Shown piece by piece: positions 21,696 through 34,773 of a stretch of 64,000 bases of DNA. The notes beneath the pieces are model-generated. The model was not told where the DNA came from, searched no databases, and worked only from the letters and a program-made list of their open reading frames with translations. The stretch covers positions 270,501-334,500 of the forward strand of contig QZKH01000002.1 in NCBI GenBank assembly GCA_003598025.1, given 5' to 3'. How positions within the stretch are numbered: the stretch's first letter is position 1; each line of letters starts with the position of its first letter. The stretch comes from Candidatus Omnitrophota bacterium (lineage in GTDB: Bacteria; Omnitrophota; Gorgyraeia; Gygaellales; Profunditerraquicolaceae). The translations under genes were made by a program, and so were the position numbers.

Positions 21696-22154
21696 ATGGA
21701 TTATAAAATATTTGAGGAAGAACTAAGGGATTTAATCAGGCCGCTACTGGAAAACGAAGGTTTTACCCTTGTTGAGCTTAATTTTTTCCGCGCTCAGGAC
21801 AAGGCGGTGGTCAAGATACTGGCTGATAGGCGGTCCGGAGGCATTAGCATAGATGAGTGCGCCAGGCTAAACCAGCAGATCGGGGATTTACTTGATAGCC
21901 GGGATACGATAAAGGATAAATACCTGCTTGAGGTTTCTTCGCCGGGCTTAGACCGCCCCTTAAGGACAAGAGAGGATTTCGGCAGGTGCATAGGCAAAGA
22001 AGCCAGATTTTTTCTTAAGGAGCAGTTTGATTCAAAACTGGAATATTCAGGTAAAATATTAGATGTTAAAGATGATTCGGTGAGCATTGATTCGGCAGGC
22101 AGGGTAATCGAGCTGCCCATCAGAATCATATCTAAAGCAAAACAACAGGTTTAA
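21696..22154 (+). CDS. rimP: Ribosome maturation factor
   Basis: GISIDEC, YLLEVSSPGLDRPL; upstream of nusA. Confidence 0.94.
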   Translation: MDYKIFEEELRDLIRPLLENEGFTLVELNFFRAQDKAVVKILADRRSGGISIDECARLNQQIGDLLDSRDTIKDKYLLEVSSPGLDRPLRTREDFGRCIGKEARFFLKEQFDSKLEYSGKILDVKDDSVSIDSAGRVIELPIRIISKAKQQV

Positions 22155-22167
22155 AACGGAGAAAAAA

Positions 22168-23373
22168 ATGAGTCAGGAATTATTAGCTATTCTAGAACAG
22201 ATTGAAAGGGAAAAAGGGATTAAAAAAGAGGTCTTGATTGAAGCGGTCGAGAGCGCGCTCTTAAGCGCGGCAAAAAAGGTCATCGATGTCAAGCCGGACG
22301 AAGAACTGCATGTAAAAGTGGACCGCTTAACCGGAAAGATAAAGACCTTTAAAAACGATGCCGAGATAAATTCTGTTGAGTTCGGCAGGATATCCGCTTC
22401 CGCTGCCAGGCAGGTCATTATACAGAAGATACGCGAAGCCGAGAAAGACGTGGTATTCAATGAATTCCAGGGTAAGGTGGGTGAGATAGTTTCGGGCACC
22501 GTTTACAGGTTTGAAAAAGGAAATATTATCATCGACCTTTTAGGCAAAGCCGAAGGCATACTTTTAAAGCGCGAACAGTCTCCTAAAGAAGAATTCAAGC
22601 AGGGCCAGCGCATAAAGGCCTATATCGTTGAAGTAAAAAAAGAAATCAGGGGACCGCAGATTATATTATCGCGCACGCATCCTAACCTTGTAAAAAAACT
22701 GTTTGAATTGGAGGTCCCGGAGATTTATGATGGTATTGTAGAGGTCAAAGCGATTTCCCGCGAAGCAGGGGAAAGGACGAAGATCTCAGTATGGTCCAAG
22801 AATGATAAAGTTGATTCTGTAGGGGCCTGCGTGGGGATGAGAGGTAACCGGGTCAGGAACATCGTAAATGAGCTGCAGGGCGAGAAGATTGATATAGTAA
22901 GATACAACGAAGACATCAAAGAATACATAAAAGCATCACTCTCGCCGGCCAAAGTCTCCGAGATCAAGCTGAATAAGGACCAGCTCAAAGCGCAGGTCAT
23001 AGTCGATGATGACCAGCTTTCTTTAGCCATAGGCAAACACGGCCAGAACGTGCGCCTTGCCTCAAGGTTGATCGGTTGGGAGCTAGACATAAGGTCTAAA
23101 TCCGGATTGCAGGCCGAGGCAGCTGAAGAAGCGCAGAAAGAGCAGGCAAAAGAGGAAAAAGAAGCAGAGGGTATTGCCCAGGCCCAGGATGCCTTAAGCG
23201 AGTTGCCCGGCGTCGGGGAAAAGCTACTTTCAAGCCTTAAAGAAGCAGGATTAAATTCTGTTGATGATATCCTTAAAGCCGGAGTAGGCGGCCTTACCGA
23301 GATAAAAGGCATAGGAGAGAAGAAGGCGGAAAAAATTATAAAAGAAGCAAAGAAGCTGTCCCGCAAGGAGTAG
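22168..23373 (+). CDS. nusA: Transcription termination/antitermination factor with C-terminal HhH domain
   Basis: FELEVPEI, REAGERTK, GACVGMRG, LAIGKHGQNVRLAS; LPGVGEK and IKGIGEK HhH motifs. Confidence 0.96.
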   Translation: MSQELLAILEQIEREKGIKKEVLIEAVESALLSAAKKVIDVKPDEELHVKVDRLTGKIKTFKNDAEINSVEFGRISASAARQVIIQKIREAEKDVVFNEFQGKVGEIVSGTVYRFEKGNIIIDLLGKAEGILLKREQSPKEEFKQGQRIKAYIVEVKKEIRGPQIILSRTHPNLVKKLFELEVPEIYDGIVEVKAISREAGERTKISVWSKNDKVDSVGACVGMRGNRVRNIVNELQGEKIDIVRYNEDIKEYIKASLSPAKVSEIKLNKDQLKAQVIVDDDQLSLAIGKHGQNVRLASRLIGWELDIRSKSGLQAEAAEEAQKEQAKEEKEAEGIAQAQDALSELPGVGEKLLSSLKEAGLNSVDDILKAGVGGLTEIKGIGEKKAEKIIKEAKKLSRKE

Positions 23374-23409
23374 TTTTTAAGCTTAAGGATAAAAATACAA
23401 AAGGAAATT

Positions 23410-25641
23410 ATGATAAAAGCAAAAAAAGAGAAGATAAAGACCAAGAAAGAGCCTAAGGCAAAAAAACCGGCAGCCATTAAAAAGGCGCAAACGGTAAAAA
23501 CTTTGCCTAAGCCTAAAACATCGGCTAAGCCTGTTATAAAAAAAGCAGTAGTCTTAAAACATAAGAAGGCAGACCTTAAAAAGGAAGAGGTTATTCCTGT
23601 AACTACTGTTGAGCAGAAAGTAAAGGCGGCTAAAACCCCGGTTGTAAAAGAGCATATACCTAAGCCGGAGATTAAGAAAGAAGCTCCGGAGCAACGCAAG
23701 GTACCGCTTCCCGGCCAGCAGCAGGCTCCTTTACCTTCGTCTAAACCTGAGATAAAAGGACCGGTCAAAACTTCGGCAGTAAAGCCGGCGGCTGCAGTAA
23801 AAACAGTTAAACAGGAGCCGGTATATCACAAAGAGCAGGCGCCAGAAAAACCGGAAGTTAAGACTGTGCAACCCGAGAGAAAACTTAAAGAACTCGAACT
23901 CAAGCTTCCTATAACCGTAAAGGACCTTTCTGTAAAGCTTCAGGAGAAACCGTCTGTCCTGATAAAAATGCTGATGGAGATGAAGATACTTGCCGGCATG
24001 AATCAGCCGTTAGGCCAGGATATTGTCTCTAAAATAGCAGAGAAATACGGTTTTGCGATAGTCATGGCTCCGGATGAAGAAGCGCAGATCCTTAAAGTGC
24101 ATCAGGATAAAGATGCGCCGGGAGCCCTTAAACCCAGGCCTCCGATAGTTACTTTTATGGGCCATGTTGACCACGGCAAGACTTCATTATTGGATGCGAT
24201 AAGAAAAACCAAAGTCGTAGAGAGCGAGCACGGCGGGATCACCCAGCATATTGGAGCATACCGCGTAATCCTTCCCGGAGGCGAAATTACATTCCTGGAT
24301 ACGCCCGGCCACGAAGCATTTACGGCCATGCGCGCACGCGGAGCAAGTATCACCGATATAGTAGTATTAGTGGTTGCCGCTGATGAAGGCATCATGCCCC
24401 AGACTAAAGAAGCTATAGATCATGCCAAAGCAGCCGGTGTATCTATCATTGTCGCGCTTAATAAAATTGACAGGCAGCAGGCTAACGTAGATAAGGTAAA
24501 GAAGGAGCTTGCTGAATTAAACCTTACACCTGAAGACTGGGGAGGCAAAACCATAACTGTCCCGGTATCGGCAAAGACAGGCCAGGGTATTGATAATCTT
24601 TTAGAGATGATCCTGTTAGAGTCCCAGATGTTGGAATTAAAGGGCAATCCTGACAGGCCTGCAAACGGCATTGTGATAGAATCAAAGCTTACCAAAGGCA
24701 AGGGAATAGTAGTAACACTATTGGTTAAGAGCGGCGTCCTGCACTTAAACGAAAATTTAATCGTGGGTAATTTTTATGGCAGGATAAGGGCGATGTTTGA
24801 TGACCGCGGCCGTTCGGTAACCAAGGCCGGGATGTCTAATCCTGTTGAGGTCCTGGGAATATCAGGCATACCCCAGGCAGGCGAGCAGTTTTTTGTGGTT
24901 AAAGACGAGAAAGAAGCAAGGTCTCTTTCCAATATAAGGCAGGATAAAGAAAAAGAGGAACAACTCGCGCCCATAAAAAGAATAAGCTTAGAAGACTTGC
25001 ATGATCAGATACAGCAGGGCAAGATTAAAGACCTGAAGCTCATTATAAAGGCTGATGTCCAGGGTTCTATTGAGGCGATCAAAGATATGCTCAATAAACT
25101 CAATGTCTCAGAGATAAAACTGGATATAATCCATGAAGGCGTAGGCAGTATTAATTCTTCGGATATCATTCTTGCGGTTGCCTCAAATGCGCTGGTGCTT
25201 GGTTTTAATGTCCCCGTGGAAGATAAGGCTGCCGAATTGGTGGCTAAAGAAGGCGTGGATGTCAGGACGTATAATATAATTTACGAGTTAGGAAATGATA
25301 TAAAAGCCGCAGTAGAAGGCATGCTTGAGCCGAAATTAAAAAAGGTCTTTTTAGGCAAGGCACAGGTAAAGAAAGTGTTTAAGCTTTCGCGCGAATCCGG
25401 GTTGATCGCAGGCTGCCAGGTAATAAAGGGCACAATCACCCGTTCGGCATCTGTCAGTTTATTACGTAACGGCAGCGAGGTTATAGAAACCAAGATATCT
25501 TCGTTAAAGAGGTTTAAAGACGATGTAAGAGAGGTAGCCGAAGGTTACGAATGCGGGATATCTTTAGCTAACTTTAATGAGATAATGGAAGGCGATGTAA
25601 TCGAGGCATTTGAACTTGAGAAGATCGCCAGAAAATTATAA
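23410..25641 (+). CDS. infB: Translation initiation factor IF-2
   Basis: [34 protein letters not shown]; K/P/A-rich N-terminus. Confidence 0.97.
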   Translation: MIKAKKEKIKTKKEPKAKKPAAIKKAQTVKTLPKPKTSAKPVIKKAVVLKHKKADLKKEEVIPVTTVEQKVKAAKTPVVKEHIPKPEIKKEAPEQRKVPLPGQQQAPLPSSKPEIKGPVKTSAVKPAAAVKTVKQEPVYHKEQAPEKPEVKTVQPERKLKELELKLPITVKDLSVKLQEKPSVLIKMLMEMKILAGMNQPLGQDIVSKIAEKYGFAIVMAPDEEAQILKVHQDKDAPGALKPRPPIVTFMGHVDHGKTSLLDAIRKTKVVESEHGGITQHIGAYRVILPGGEITFLDTPGHEAFTAMRARGASITDIVVLVVAADEGIMPQTKEAIDHAKAAGVSIIVALNKIDRQQANVDKVKKELAELNLTPEDWGGKTITVPVSAKTGQGIDNLLEMILLESQMLELKGNPDRPANGIVIESKLTKGKGIVVTLLVKSGVLHLNENLIVGNFYGRIRAMFDDRGRSVTKAGMSNPVEVLGISGIPQAGEQFFVVKDEKEARSLSNIRQDKEKEEQLAPIKRISLEDLHDQIQQGKIKDLKLIIKADVQGSIEAIKDMLNKLNVSEIKLDIIHEGVGSINSSDIILAVASNALVLGFNVPVEDKAAELVAKEGVDVRTYNIIYELGNDIKAAVEGMLEPKLKKVFLGKAQVKKVFKLSRESGLIAGCQVIKGTITRSASVSLLRNGSEVIETKISSLKRFKDDVREVAEGYECGISLANFNEIMEGDVIEAFELEKIARKL

Positions 25642-25642
25642 A

Positions 25643-25713
25643 TAGGTTAAATGAGGTTACAAAGGCAACATCACGTAACGTCATTTAATATTCCGTAACA
25701 TCAAGCAACCTTA
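25643..25713. repeat. Degenerate inverted array with 10-nt period (TGAGGTTAC-type vs GTAACATCA-type)
   Basis: taggttaaat gaggttac, then gcaacatca c gtaacgtca t ttaatattc c gtaacatca a gcaacctta. Confidence 0.65.
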
Positions 25714-25725
25714 AGATATATCATT

Positions 25726-26709
25726 ATGATAAAAAAACGTATACTTAGCGGGATGCGGCCTACAGGAAAACTCCACCTTGGGCATTTAGTCGGAGCGCTG
25801 AATAACTGGGTAAAATTACAGGAGCTCCACGAATGTTTATTTATGGTTGCCGACTGGCATGCGCTTATGTCCGAATATGAAGACCCCTCCGCTATCCAAG
25901 AGAATATATTTGATAATGTAGCCGATTGGCTGGCTTGCGGGATAGACCCTGTTAAATCCATAGTCTTTGTGCAATCGCAGGTAAAGGAGCATCTTGAGCT
26001 GAGCATGATATTTTCGCTGATTACCCCTCTTGGGTGGCTTGAGCGATGCCCTACTTATAAAGAGCAGTTAAAGCAGGTCGCAAACCGCGACTTAAAGACT
26101 TACGCTTTCCTCGGGTATCCCGTGCTTCAGGCAGCGGATATACTTCTTTATAAAGCAACAGCTGTGCCTGTAGGAGAAGACCAGTTACCCCATCTTGAAT
26201 TAACCAGAGAGATAGGCCGCAGGTTCAATTCTCTTTATAAGAAAGAACTATTTCCGGAGCCGGAAGGGCTGTTAACAAAATTTCCGAGGTTATTAGGGCT
26301 TGATGGCCGCAAGATGAGCAAAAGCTATGATAATTTTATTGCTATATCTGAGCCGAGCGAAAGCCTTAAGAAAAAAGTAATGAATATGTTTACCGACCCG
26401 GAAAGGATAAGGATAACTGATCCCGGGCACCCGGATAAATGCAACGTGCATAATTACTATAAACTTTTCGCTCCTGAAAGGGAAAAAGAGGTAGCTACTT
26501 TATGCCGGCAGGCTAAAGTCGGCTGCATAAACTGCAAGAAGGAATTATCTCAGATACTCATCGATTACCTTGCGCCTTTACAGAAAAAAAAGGATGAACT
26601 GGCCAAAGATAAGAAAAAGATAGAACTTATACTTGAGGCAGGAAGAGAAAAAGCGCATGTGCTTGCAAAAGAAACGATATCGCAGGCAAAAAAACTTCTG
26701 GGGATCTAA
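25726..26709 (+). CDS. trpS: Tryptophan--tRNA ligase
   Basis: SGMRPTGKLHLGH, YPVLQAADIL, VPVGEDQLPHLE, KMSKS. Confidence 0.97.
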   Translation: MIKKRILSGMRPTGKLHLGHLVGALNNWVKLQELHECLFMVADWHALMSEYEDPSAIQENIFDNVADWLACGIDPVKSIVFVQSQVKEHLELSMIFSLITPLGWLERCPTYKEQLKQVANRDLKTYAFLGYPVLQAADILLYKATAVPVGEDQLPHLELTREIGRRFNSLYKKELFPEPEGLLTKFPRLLGLDGRKMSKSYDNFIAISEPSESLKKKVMNMFTDPERIRITDPGHPDKCNVHNYYKLFAPEREKEVATLCRQAKVGCINCKKELSQILIDYLAPLQKKKDELAKDKKKIELILEAGREKAHVLAKETISQAKKLLGI

Positions 26710-26715
26710 AACATA

Positions 26716-27486
26716 ATGTCCGGATATAAGATAAAATTAGATATTTTCGAGGGGCCGCTCGACCTGCTTCTGTATCTGGTAAAGAAGGATCATCTTAATA
26801 TTTATGATATCCCGATAAAAGAGGTCACTGAGCAATACCTGCGTTATCTTGAGCTTATGAGGCTGCTTGACTTAAATATCGCCGGGGAATTCCTGGTAAT
26901 GGCAGCAACACTCCTGCAGATAAAGTCCAAGATGCTTCTGCCCGCAGAGAAGGAAGAGGCGCCGGAGGCGGAGGCTGAGGACCCCAGGGCAGAGTTAGTC
27001 AGGAGGCTGCTGGAATACGAGAAATTCAAAGAGATAGCACAAGATTTACGCGAAAGGGAATCAGCCCAGCAGGAAGTATTTAAAAGGCCCAAGCTCCCTG
27101 AGAAGCAAGATGCCGCAGGCAAGAACGAAGTGTATTTTGAGGCAAACCTCTTTGACCTTATCGCTGCTTTTTCCAGGGCATTAGAGGATGTCCCGAAGGA
27201 ATTATTTTATGAGGTTATAAAAGATGAGTTTACAGTTGAAGATAAGATCCACCAGATATTGCACCTGCTTTTAGTAGAACAGAGTGTACAGATATCACGG
27301 TTATTCAGCGAGGCAAGGAATAAGATAGAAGTAGTAGTCACTTTCTTAGGTATACTGGAATTAATAAGGTTGAAAGAAATAGTTGCCAGGCAGAAATCGC
27401 TTTTCGGCGAAATAGAAGTAGTCAGGAACAAGGAGAATATAATCCCTTATGAAAGAAGAAATAAGGCAGAAGATACTGAGCAATAA
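26716..27486 (+). CDS. scpA: Segregation and condensation protein A
   Basis: FEGPLDLLLYL, EFLVMAATLLQIKSKMLLP, TFLGILEL. Confidence 0.94.
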   Translation: MSGYKIKLDIFEGPLDLLLYLVKKDHLNIYDIPIKEVTEQYLRYLELMRLLDLNIAGEFLVMAATLLQIKSKMLLPAEKEEAPEAEAEDPRAELVRRLLEYEKFKEIAQDLRERESAQQEVFKRPKLPEKQDAAGKNEVYFEANLFDLIAAFSRALEDVPKELFYEVIKDEFTVEDKIHQILHLLLVEQSVQISRLFSEARNKIEVVVTFLGILELIRLKEIVARQKSLFGEIEVVRNKENIIPYERRNKAEDTEQ

Positions 27487-28552
27487 AGATACCATTGCTT
27501 CTTCCGGTTTGAAAGGCGCTGCCGGTGATAACCCGGACGATTTTCTTACCAGGCTTAATGAGACCGAAGAGGACGTCGTATTGAATATGTCTCTGAGGCC
27601 GGCTAAGTTCCAGGAATTTGTCGGCCAGAAAGAGGTAGTGGATAACCTTAACATATGTCTTACTGCTGCCAGGCAGAGAAATGAGCCTGTCGAACATATA
27701 TTGTTTTCCGGCCCGCCGGGCTTAGGCAAGACATCCCTTGCACATATCATAGCCCACGAGATGAATGCAAAGATCACGGCTACTTCCGGTCCTGCCATAG
27801 AGAGGGCAGGCGACCTGATAGGTATACTGACTAACCTGGGAAAGGGTGATATCCTTTTTATTGATGAGATACACCGGTTGTCAAAAGTGGTGGAAGAATT
27901 TTTATACCCGGCCTTAGAGAATTTCCAGATAGATTTTGTTATTGATAAAGGCCCGTATGCCAAGACGATAAAATTCAATTTAAAGCCGTTTACCCTTGTG
28001 GGGGCGACAACAAGGGTAGGGTTGCTTGCGTCTCCCTTAAGGAGCAGGTTCGGTATTTTTTATAACCTGGATTTTTACCAGATAGAAGACCTGGCAAAGA
28101 TAATAAAACATTCAGCTAAGATACTTGGGGTAGAGGTAACCGCGCAAGCAGCTGATGAGATCGCAAGGCGCTCAAGGGGCACCCCGAGGATAGCCAACAG
28201 GCTCTTAAGAAGGGTGAGGGATTATGCACAGGTGCAGAATATAGCCAGGATAGATGTGCCGGTTGCCGCTAAGATACTTAATGACCTGGGTATTGATGAG
28301 GCGGGGTTTGACCATCTTGACCGTAAATTCTTAAAGGCTTTAATAGAGCTGCATGATGGCGGACCAGTGGGCGTTGAATCGATAGCTGCCAGCCTTAACG
28401 AAGAAGTAGACACTATCGTAGATACAGTAGAACCATACCTGCTTAAGGCAGGCTATTTGAAACGCACCCCCCGCGGAAGAACGGTTACCAAGGCTGCGTT
28501 TGCGCATTTTGGAATTAAAAATATAAAAGACAAGCAGCAGGAGCTATTCTAA
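27449..28552 (+). CDS. ruvB: Holliday junction branch migration helicase
   Basis: SLRP, GPPGLGKTSLA, FIDEIHR, GATTR, RGTPRIANRLLRRVRD; true start may be slightly downstream. Confidence 0.96.
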   Translation: MKEEIRQKILSNKDTIASSGLKGAAGDNPDDFLTRLNETEEDVVLNMSLRPAKFQEFVGQKEVVDNLNICLTAARQRNEPVEHILFSGPPGLGKTSLAHIIAHEMNAKITATSGPAIERAGDLIGILTNLGKGDILFIDEIHRLSKVVEEFLYPALENFQIDFVIDKGPYAKTIKFNLKPFTLVGATTRVGLLASPLRSRFGIFYNLDFYQIEDLAKIIKHSAKILGVEVTAQAADEIARRSRGTPRIANRLLRRVRDYAQVQNIARIDVPVAAKILNDLGIDEAGFDHLDRKFLKALIELHDGGPVGVESIAASLNEEVDTIVDTVEPYLLKAGYLKRTPRGRTVTKAAFAHFGIKNIKDKQQELF

Positions 28553-28567
28553 CACTACTTGTAAGTT

Positions 28568-29122
28568 ATGGATATCTTGCTACATATCTGCTGTGCGCCA
28601 TGCGCTATTTATCCTTTAAAAAGGCTTAAGGAACAGGGCTTTGGCGTATCCGGGATTTTTTATAATCCCAATATCCATCCGTACCAGGAATATAAAAACA
28701 GAAAAACAGCGCTTGAGGATTTTAGCAGTTCTTGCGGCTTAGATGTCTATTATCCGGAGTATCTTCCTTTTGAGTTCTTCCGCCACATTAATTTTATGGA
28801 ACAAAAGCCCCAGAGGTGCCCGATATGCTGGTACCAGAGGCTTAAAAGAACCGCGCTTACGGCAAAAGAAAAGAAACTGGAATATTTTACTACCACGCTT
28901 TTAGTCAGCCCTTATCAGGACCAGGAAGCTTTGTATAAGATAGGTGAAGATATTGCCAGGCAGGTAGGAGTAAAATTCTATTACGAAGATTTCAGGACGG
29001 GGTTTAGTGATTCCCATATCCAGGCAAAAAACAGCGGCATGTATTGCCAGAGTTACTGCGGCTGTATTTATTCTGAGCTGGAGAGAAGGCAGAAGCATAA
29101 GGCAAAGAAAGGCAATATCTGA
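28568..29122 (+). CDS. queH: Epoxyqueuosine reductase
   Basis: LLHICCAPC, YNPNIHP, RCPIC, TTLLVSP, QSYCGCIYS; next to queA and tgt. Confidence 0.92.
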   Translation: MDILLHICCAPCAIYPLKRLKEQGFGVSGIFYNPNIHPYQEYKNRKTALEDFSSSCGLDVYYPEYLPFEFFRHINFMEQKPQRCPICWYQRLKRTALTAKEKKLEYFTTTLLVSPYQDQEALYKIGEDIARQVGVKFYYEDFRTGFSDSHIQAKNSGMYCQSYCGCIYSELERRQKHKAKKGNI

Positions 29123-29123
29123 T

Positions 29124-29345
29124 ATGGATATAAGCAACTTTGGCAAGCTGCTCATAGTTTTTGGTATGATTATAACAGGCCTGGGCCTGATCCTTTTTTT
29201 ATCCGGTAAATTACCATTTATCGGTAAATTACCCGGGGATATTATTGTAGAAAAGAAGAATTTCACTTTCTATTTTCCCTTGGCTACATCGTTGCTTCTG
29301 AGTTTATTAATATCTTTAATCATCTGGCTTAAATCCGGCCGCTAA
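29124..29345 (+). CDS. Small membrane protein (DUF2905-like)
   Basis: GKLPGDI..NFTFYFPLATS; start moved to ATG 29124. Confidence 0.85.
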   Translation: MDISNFGKLLIVFGMIITGLGLILFLSGKLPFIGKLPGDIIVEKKNFTFYFPLATSLLLSLLISLIIWLKSGR

Positions 29346-29358
29346 TCTGATTGAGAAT

Positions 29359-30498
29359 ATGTTGAAGAGAAAAATACTGTTTTCAGTTCTATTATTATTT
29401 CTGTTTTTTGGTTACTCTAATGCCGAAACCGTCTTTGTGAGGATAAACGTAATCGAAAATGCGCCTGCGCTTAAGGCCAGGGTAAAAGGGTTTTACGAAA
29501 TAACGAACCCCAAGAACGGCTCTGTGCTTTTTCGCGGCAAGAACCTAGTATCCGATGTAACAACTTATACCGGCGGCATTATGCTTAAAGGCATAAAATT
29601 CAAAGGCAGCAGGATAACGTTAAAAGCGGCTGACACAGACTCGATCAACATCAATAATCTTAAAGTAAGGGGCTTTATAGAAATAATAAAGGACGATAAG
29701 GATAAATTTATGGTAGTAAACTATATAGAGATGGAAGATTATATAAAAGGGATTCTTTACCATGAAGTCTCCCATTATTGGCCTTTCGGGGTGTTGAAGG
29801 CGCAGGCAATTGTTTCCCGGACTTATGCCGCTTATCAGCTAAGAGAGAATAAGGCGAAGGATTTTGATATGAGGAGCGATATCTATTCGCAGGTTTACGG
29901 GGGGCGTGCCTCGGAGCGGTACCGCACAAATAAAGCCGTAGATGAAACCAAGGGTATGATTATATGTTATAAAGGCAGGGTAATACCTGCTTATTTTCAT
30001 GCAGCGTGCGCAGGCCACACCGAGGATGCGTCTTTGCTATGGAAAACAAATCTCAAGCCGCTTAAGGGGGTAGAATGTAATTTCTGTAAAGACTCACCGC
30101 ATTTTCATTGGACATATTCTATTGATAAAGGTACTCTTATTAAGAAACTATCCGATGCGGGGCATAAAACCGTAAGCATTGACACAATAGGTATCGATGG
30201 AAGGGATAAGTCGCAGAGAATAACTGATTTAATCATAACATCCGGCAAGAAAACAGTGCGCATACCAGCTAAAGACTTCAGGCTTATCCTGGGGCCGAAT
30301 CTAATAAGGAGCACTAATTTTGATGTTAAGGCCCAGGGCGATAACTTTGTATTCGAAGGCAAGGGCTGGGGCCATGGTGTCGGTATGTGCCAGTGGGGAG
30401 CTTATTTTATGGCCAAGAACGGAGCCGTTTACTCGGATATAATCAGCTATTATTATCCTGGCACAGAGATAGGATATTGCGAGGATATGGATTTTTAA
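29359..30498 (+). CDS. SpoIID/LytB family lytic transglycosylase
   Basis: EDYIKGIL..E, LKAQAIVSRTY, SQVYGG, GWGHGVGMCQWGA, YYYPG. Confidence 0.93.
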   Translation: MLKRKILFSVLLLFLFFGYSNAETVFVRINVIENAPALKARVKGFYEITNPKNGSVLFRGKNLVSDVTTYTGGIMLKGIKFKGSRITLKAADTDSININNLKVRGFIEIIKDDKDKFMVVNYIEMEDYIKGILYHEVSHYWPFGVLKAQAIVSRTYAAYQLRENKAKDFDMRSDIYSQVYGGRASERYRTNKAVDETKGMIICYKGRVIPAYFHAACAGHTEDASLLWKTNLKPLKGVECNFCKDSPHFHWTYSIDKGTLIKKLSDAGHKTVSIDTIGIDGRDKSQRITDLIITSGKKTVRIPAKDFRLILGPNLIRSTNFDVKAQGDNFVFEGKGWGHGVGMCQWGAYFMAKNGAVYSDIISYYYPGTEIGYCEDMDF

Positions 30499-30499
30499 A

Positions 30500-31491
30500 A
30501 TGAAGCTTTCCGACTTTGATTATACCCTGCCTAAAGATTTAATCGCGCAGCACCCCCTTAGAGAGCGCTCTGGTGCCAATTTGCTGGTTTTAAACCGCAA
30601 GGAAGAAACCATCGAGCACCGTAAGTTCAGCGATATAGCAGAGTATATCACTGAAGATGATTTTTTATTCCTGAATGACACAAAAGTCCTTCCTTGCCGT
30701 ATCATCGGGCATAAAAAGACAGGCGGCAGGGTAGAGCTGCTGCTGTTAAAGCAAAAGGAAGGTCCGGTATTTGAGTGCCTCGTTAAACCAGCCAGGCTTA
30801 AATGCGGGCAGGAGGTTATTTTTGATTCAGGCAAAATTTCAGCCAGGATCAGCGCCAATAACGAAGTATCATTCAGTACTGCGGATATCCCGTCAATATA
30901 TTCGCTGGGTGTTATGCCGCTTCCGCCTTATATAAAACGCCAGGTTTCCGACTCTGACTCAGAATACTACCAGACCATTTACGCAAGGGTCCCTGGTTCA
31001 GTAGCTTCACCTACGGCCGGGTTGCATTTTACCAGCGGGCTATTAGATAAGCTAAAAGACAATGGCGTGAAAATCGGGTACCTGACTTTGCATGTAGGTT
31101 TAGCTACCTTTAAACCGGTAAAGAGCCAGGATGTCGTAACGCATAAGATGCATGAGGAATATTTTTTTATCCCTGAAGGAACAATTAGGATGATTGATGA
31201 TGCGCAGCGGAGCAGGAAGAATATAATCGCAGTGGGGACGACTACCTTAAGGTCTATTGAGTCTTACGGCCAGACATTACAAAGTTCAGGCAAAACCAGC
31301 CTTTTTATTTACCCGGGGTATAAATTTCGTTACGTTAACTCCATGATAACTAATTTCCATCTTCCGAAAACCACATTATTCATATTGGTCAGTGCTTTTG
31401 CCGGAGAAAAGCTTATAAAAAAGGCTTACCAGGAGGCTATAGACAGGAAGTACAGGTTTTACAGTTATGGAGATGCGATGTTGATTATATA

Positions 31492-31492
<1 letters not shown>
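30500..31492 (+). CDS. queA: SAM:tRNA ribosyltransferase-isomerase
   Basis: FDYTLP..LIAQHP, PLPPYI, GSVASPTAGLHF, TNFHLP, YRFYSYGDAM. Confidence 0.97.
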
Positions 31493-33422
<1,930 letters not shown>

Positions 33423-33424
33423 AA

Positions 33425-33781
33425 ATGGATAAACTTAAACTTATCGAATCAGGGTTTACAAAAAAAGAAATGCCGAAATTCAATGTAGGCGATACCGTCA
33501 AGGTTTTTGTCAAGATCCCGGAAGCGGATGATAAGATCCGCCTGCACCCCTTTGAGGGGATTGTCATAGCCAAAAAAGGCTCGGGCTCAAGGCAGAACTT
33601 TACCGTTAGGAAAGTATCTTACGGCGAAGGTATCGAGAGGGTATTCCCTTTATTCTCTCCCTCCATAGAGCGTATAGAGATAATACGCTCAGGGAAGGTT
33701 AAGAGGGCCAAGCTTTATTACCTTAGAGGCAAAGTCGGTAAAAGAGCTACTAAGATAGAAGAAGCCGAATCAATATCTTAA
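33425..33781 (+). CDS. rplS: 50S ribosomal protein L19
   Basis: [37 protein letters not shown]. Confidence 0.97.
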   Translation: MDKLKLIESGFTKKEMPKFNVGDTVKVFVKIPEADDKIRLHPFEGIVIAKKGSGSRQNFTVRKVSYGEGIERVFPLFSPSIERIEIIRSGKVKRAKLYYLRGKVGKRATKIEEAESIS

Positions 33782-33791
33782 TCAGCATTAA

Positions 33792-34400
33792 ATGCTGTAT
33801 TACGAAAGAAAATTAAAAAAGAGCGGCTACGACCTTATTATCGGAGTTGATGAAGCCGGGCGCGGCCCGCTGGCAGGTCCGGTTGTCGCTGGTGCCGTTT
33901 GTATCCAGGATAAGCGCTTTAAGAGCCGTATCGATGATTCTAAGAAATTATCCTCTCAGCAGAGGCTCAGCGCGTATTTGGAAATTGCAGATAAATGTTT
34001 TTTCGGGATAGGGATAGTAAGCGAAGAAGTGATAGACCGCATAAACATCCTTAAGGCAACGCAGGCTGCTATGGAGAGCGCCATAGGCGGACTTTTGACA
34101 AAGATAAAAGACCTGAATAAACGCAGGCCTTATATTATAGTTGACGGAAACGTAAAACTTTCGGCAGCTTATCCATGTTTGCCGATAATAGACGGAGATT
34201 CCAAGTCTAAGAGCATAGCCTGTGCTTCGATTATGGCCAAAGTAACAAGGGACAGGATAATGTGCGTCTACGACAGGATATATCCTGAATACGGGTTTGT
34301 TATTCATAAAGGTTATCCGACCGAGAAACACAGGAGGGCTATTAAAAGATTCGGGCCTTCCGGCATACACAGAAAAACTTTTTGCTATGCAAAAGCATAA
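33792..34400 (+). CDS. rnhB: Ribonuclease HII
   Basis: GVDEAGRGPLAGPV, DSKKLS, IACASIMAKVTRD, HKGYPT. Confidence 0.96.
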   Translation: MLYYERKLKKSGYDLIIGVDEAGRGPLAGPVVAGAVCIQDKRFKSRIDDSKKLSSQQRLSAYLEIADKCFFGIGIVSEEVIDRINILKATQAAMESAIGGLLTKIKDLNKRRPYIIVDGNVKLSAAYPCLPIIDGDSKSKSIACASIMAKVTRDRIMCVYDRIYPEYGFVIHKGYPTEKHRRAIKRFGPSGIHRKTFCYAKA

Positions 34401-34773
34401 TAATGTTAATAGCGGGCTCATCGGTGAAAACATCGCTTTAGGTTTCCTTAAGGATAACGGTTATAATATCATAACAAGAAATTACAGGAAAAACTCAGGC
34501 GAGATTGATATTATAGCAAAAGATAACGGTTATCTTTGTTTTATAGAAGTAAAATCCAGGCGTTCGTGCGATTTTGGCCGGCCGGCTGAATTCGTTTCCG
34601 TGCAAAAACAATCCAGGATATCCAGGACTGCAGCACAGTACCTTAGAGAAAACAAGATATTCAACGAGAACGCAAGGTTTGATGTGGTCTGTATTACAGG
34701 TGATACAAAAGCCCTGCCAAAGATAGAACTCATAAAGAATGCATTTGAAATCAACAGGAGGATAGGCTATTGA
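34387..34773 (+). CDS. YraN family protein (UPF0102)
   Basis: G..GE, RNYR, GEIDIIA, FIEVKSR, RFDVV; start at ATG 34387. Confidence 0.9.
   Translation: MQKHNNVNSGLIGENIALGFLKDNGYNIITRNYRKNSGEIDIIAKDNGYLCFIEVKSRRSCDFGRPAEFVSVQKQSRISRTAAQYLRENKIFNENARFDVVCITGDTKALPKIELIKNAFEINRRIGY

Noticed and set aside
22725-23768. 347-aa minus-strand ORF
   Set aside because: Antisense shadow of nusA and infB with low-complexity F/S/A composition and no recognisable motifs
23410-23880. Lys/Pro/Ala-rich low-complexity stretch
   Set aside because: Ordinary variable IF-2 N-terminus
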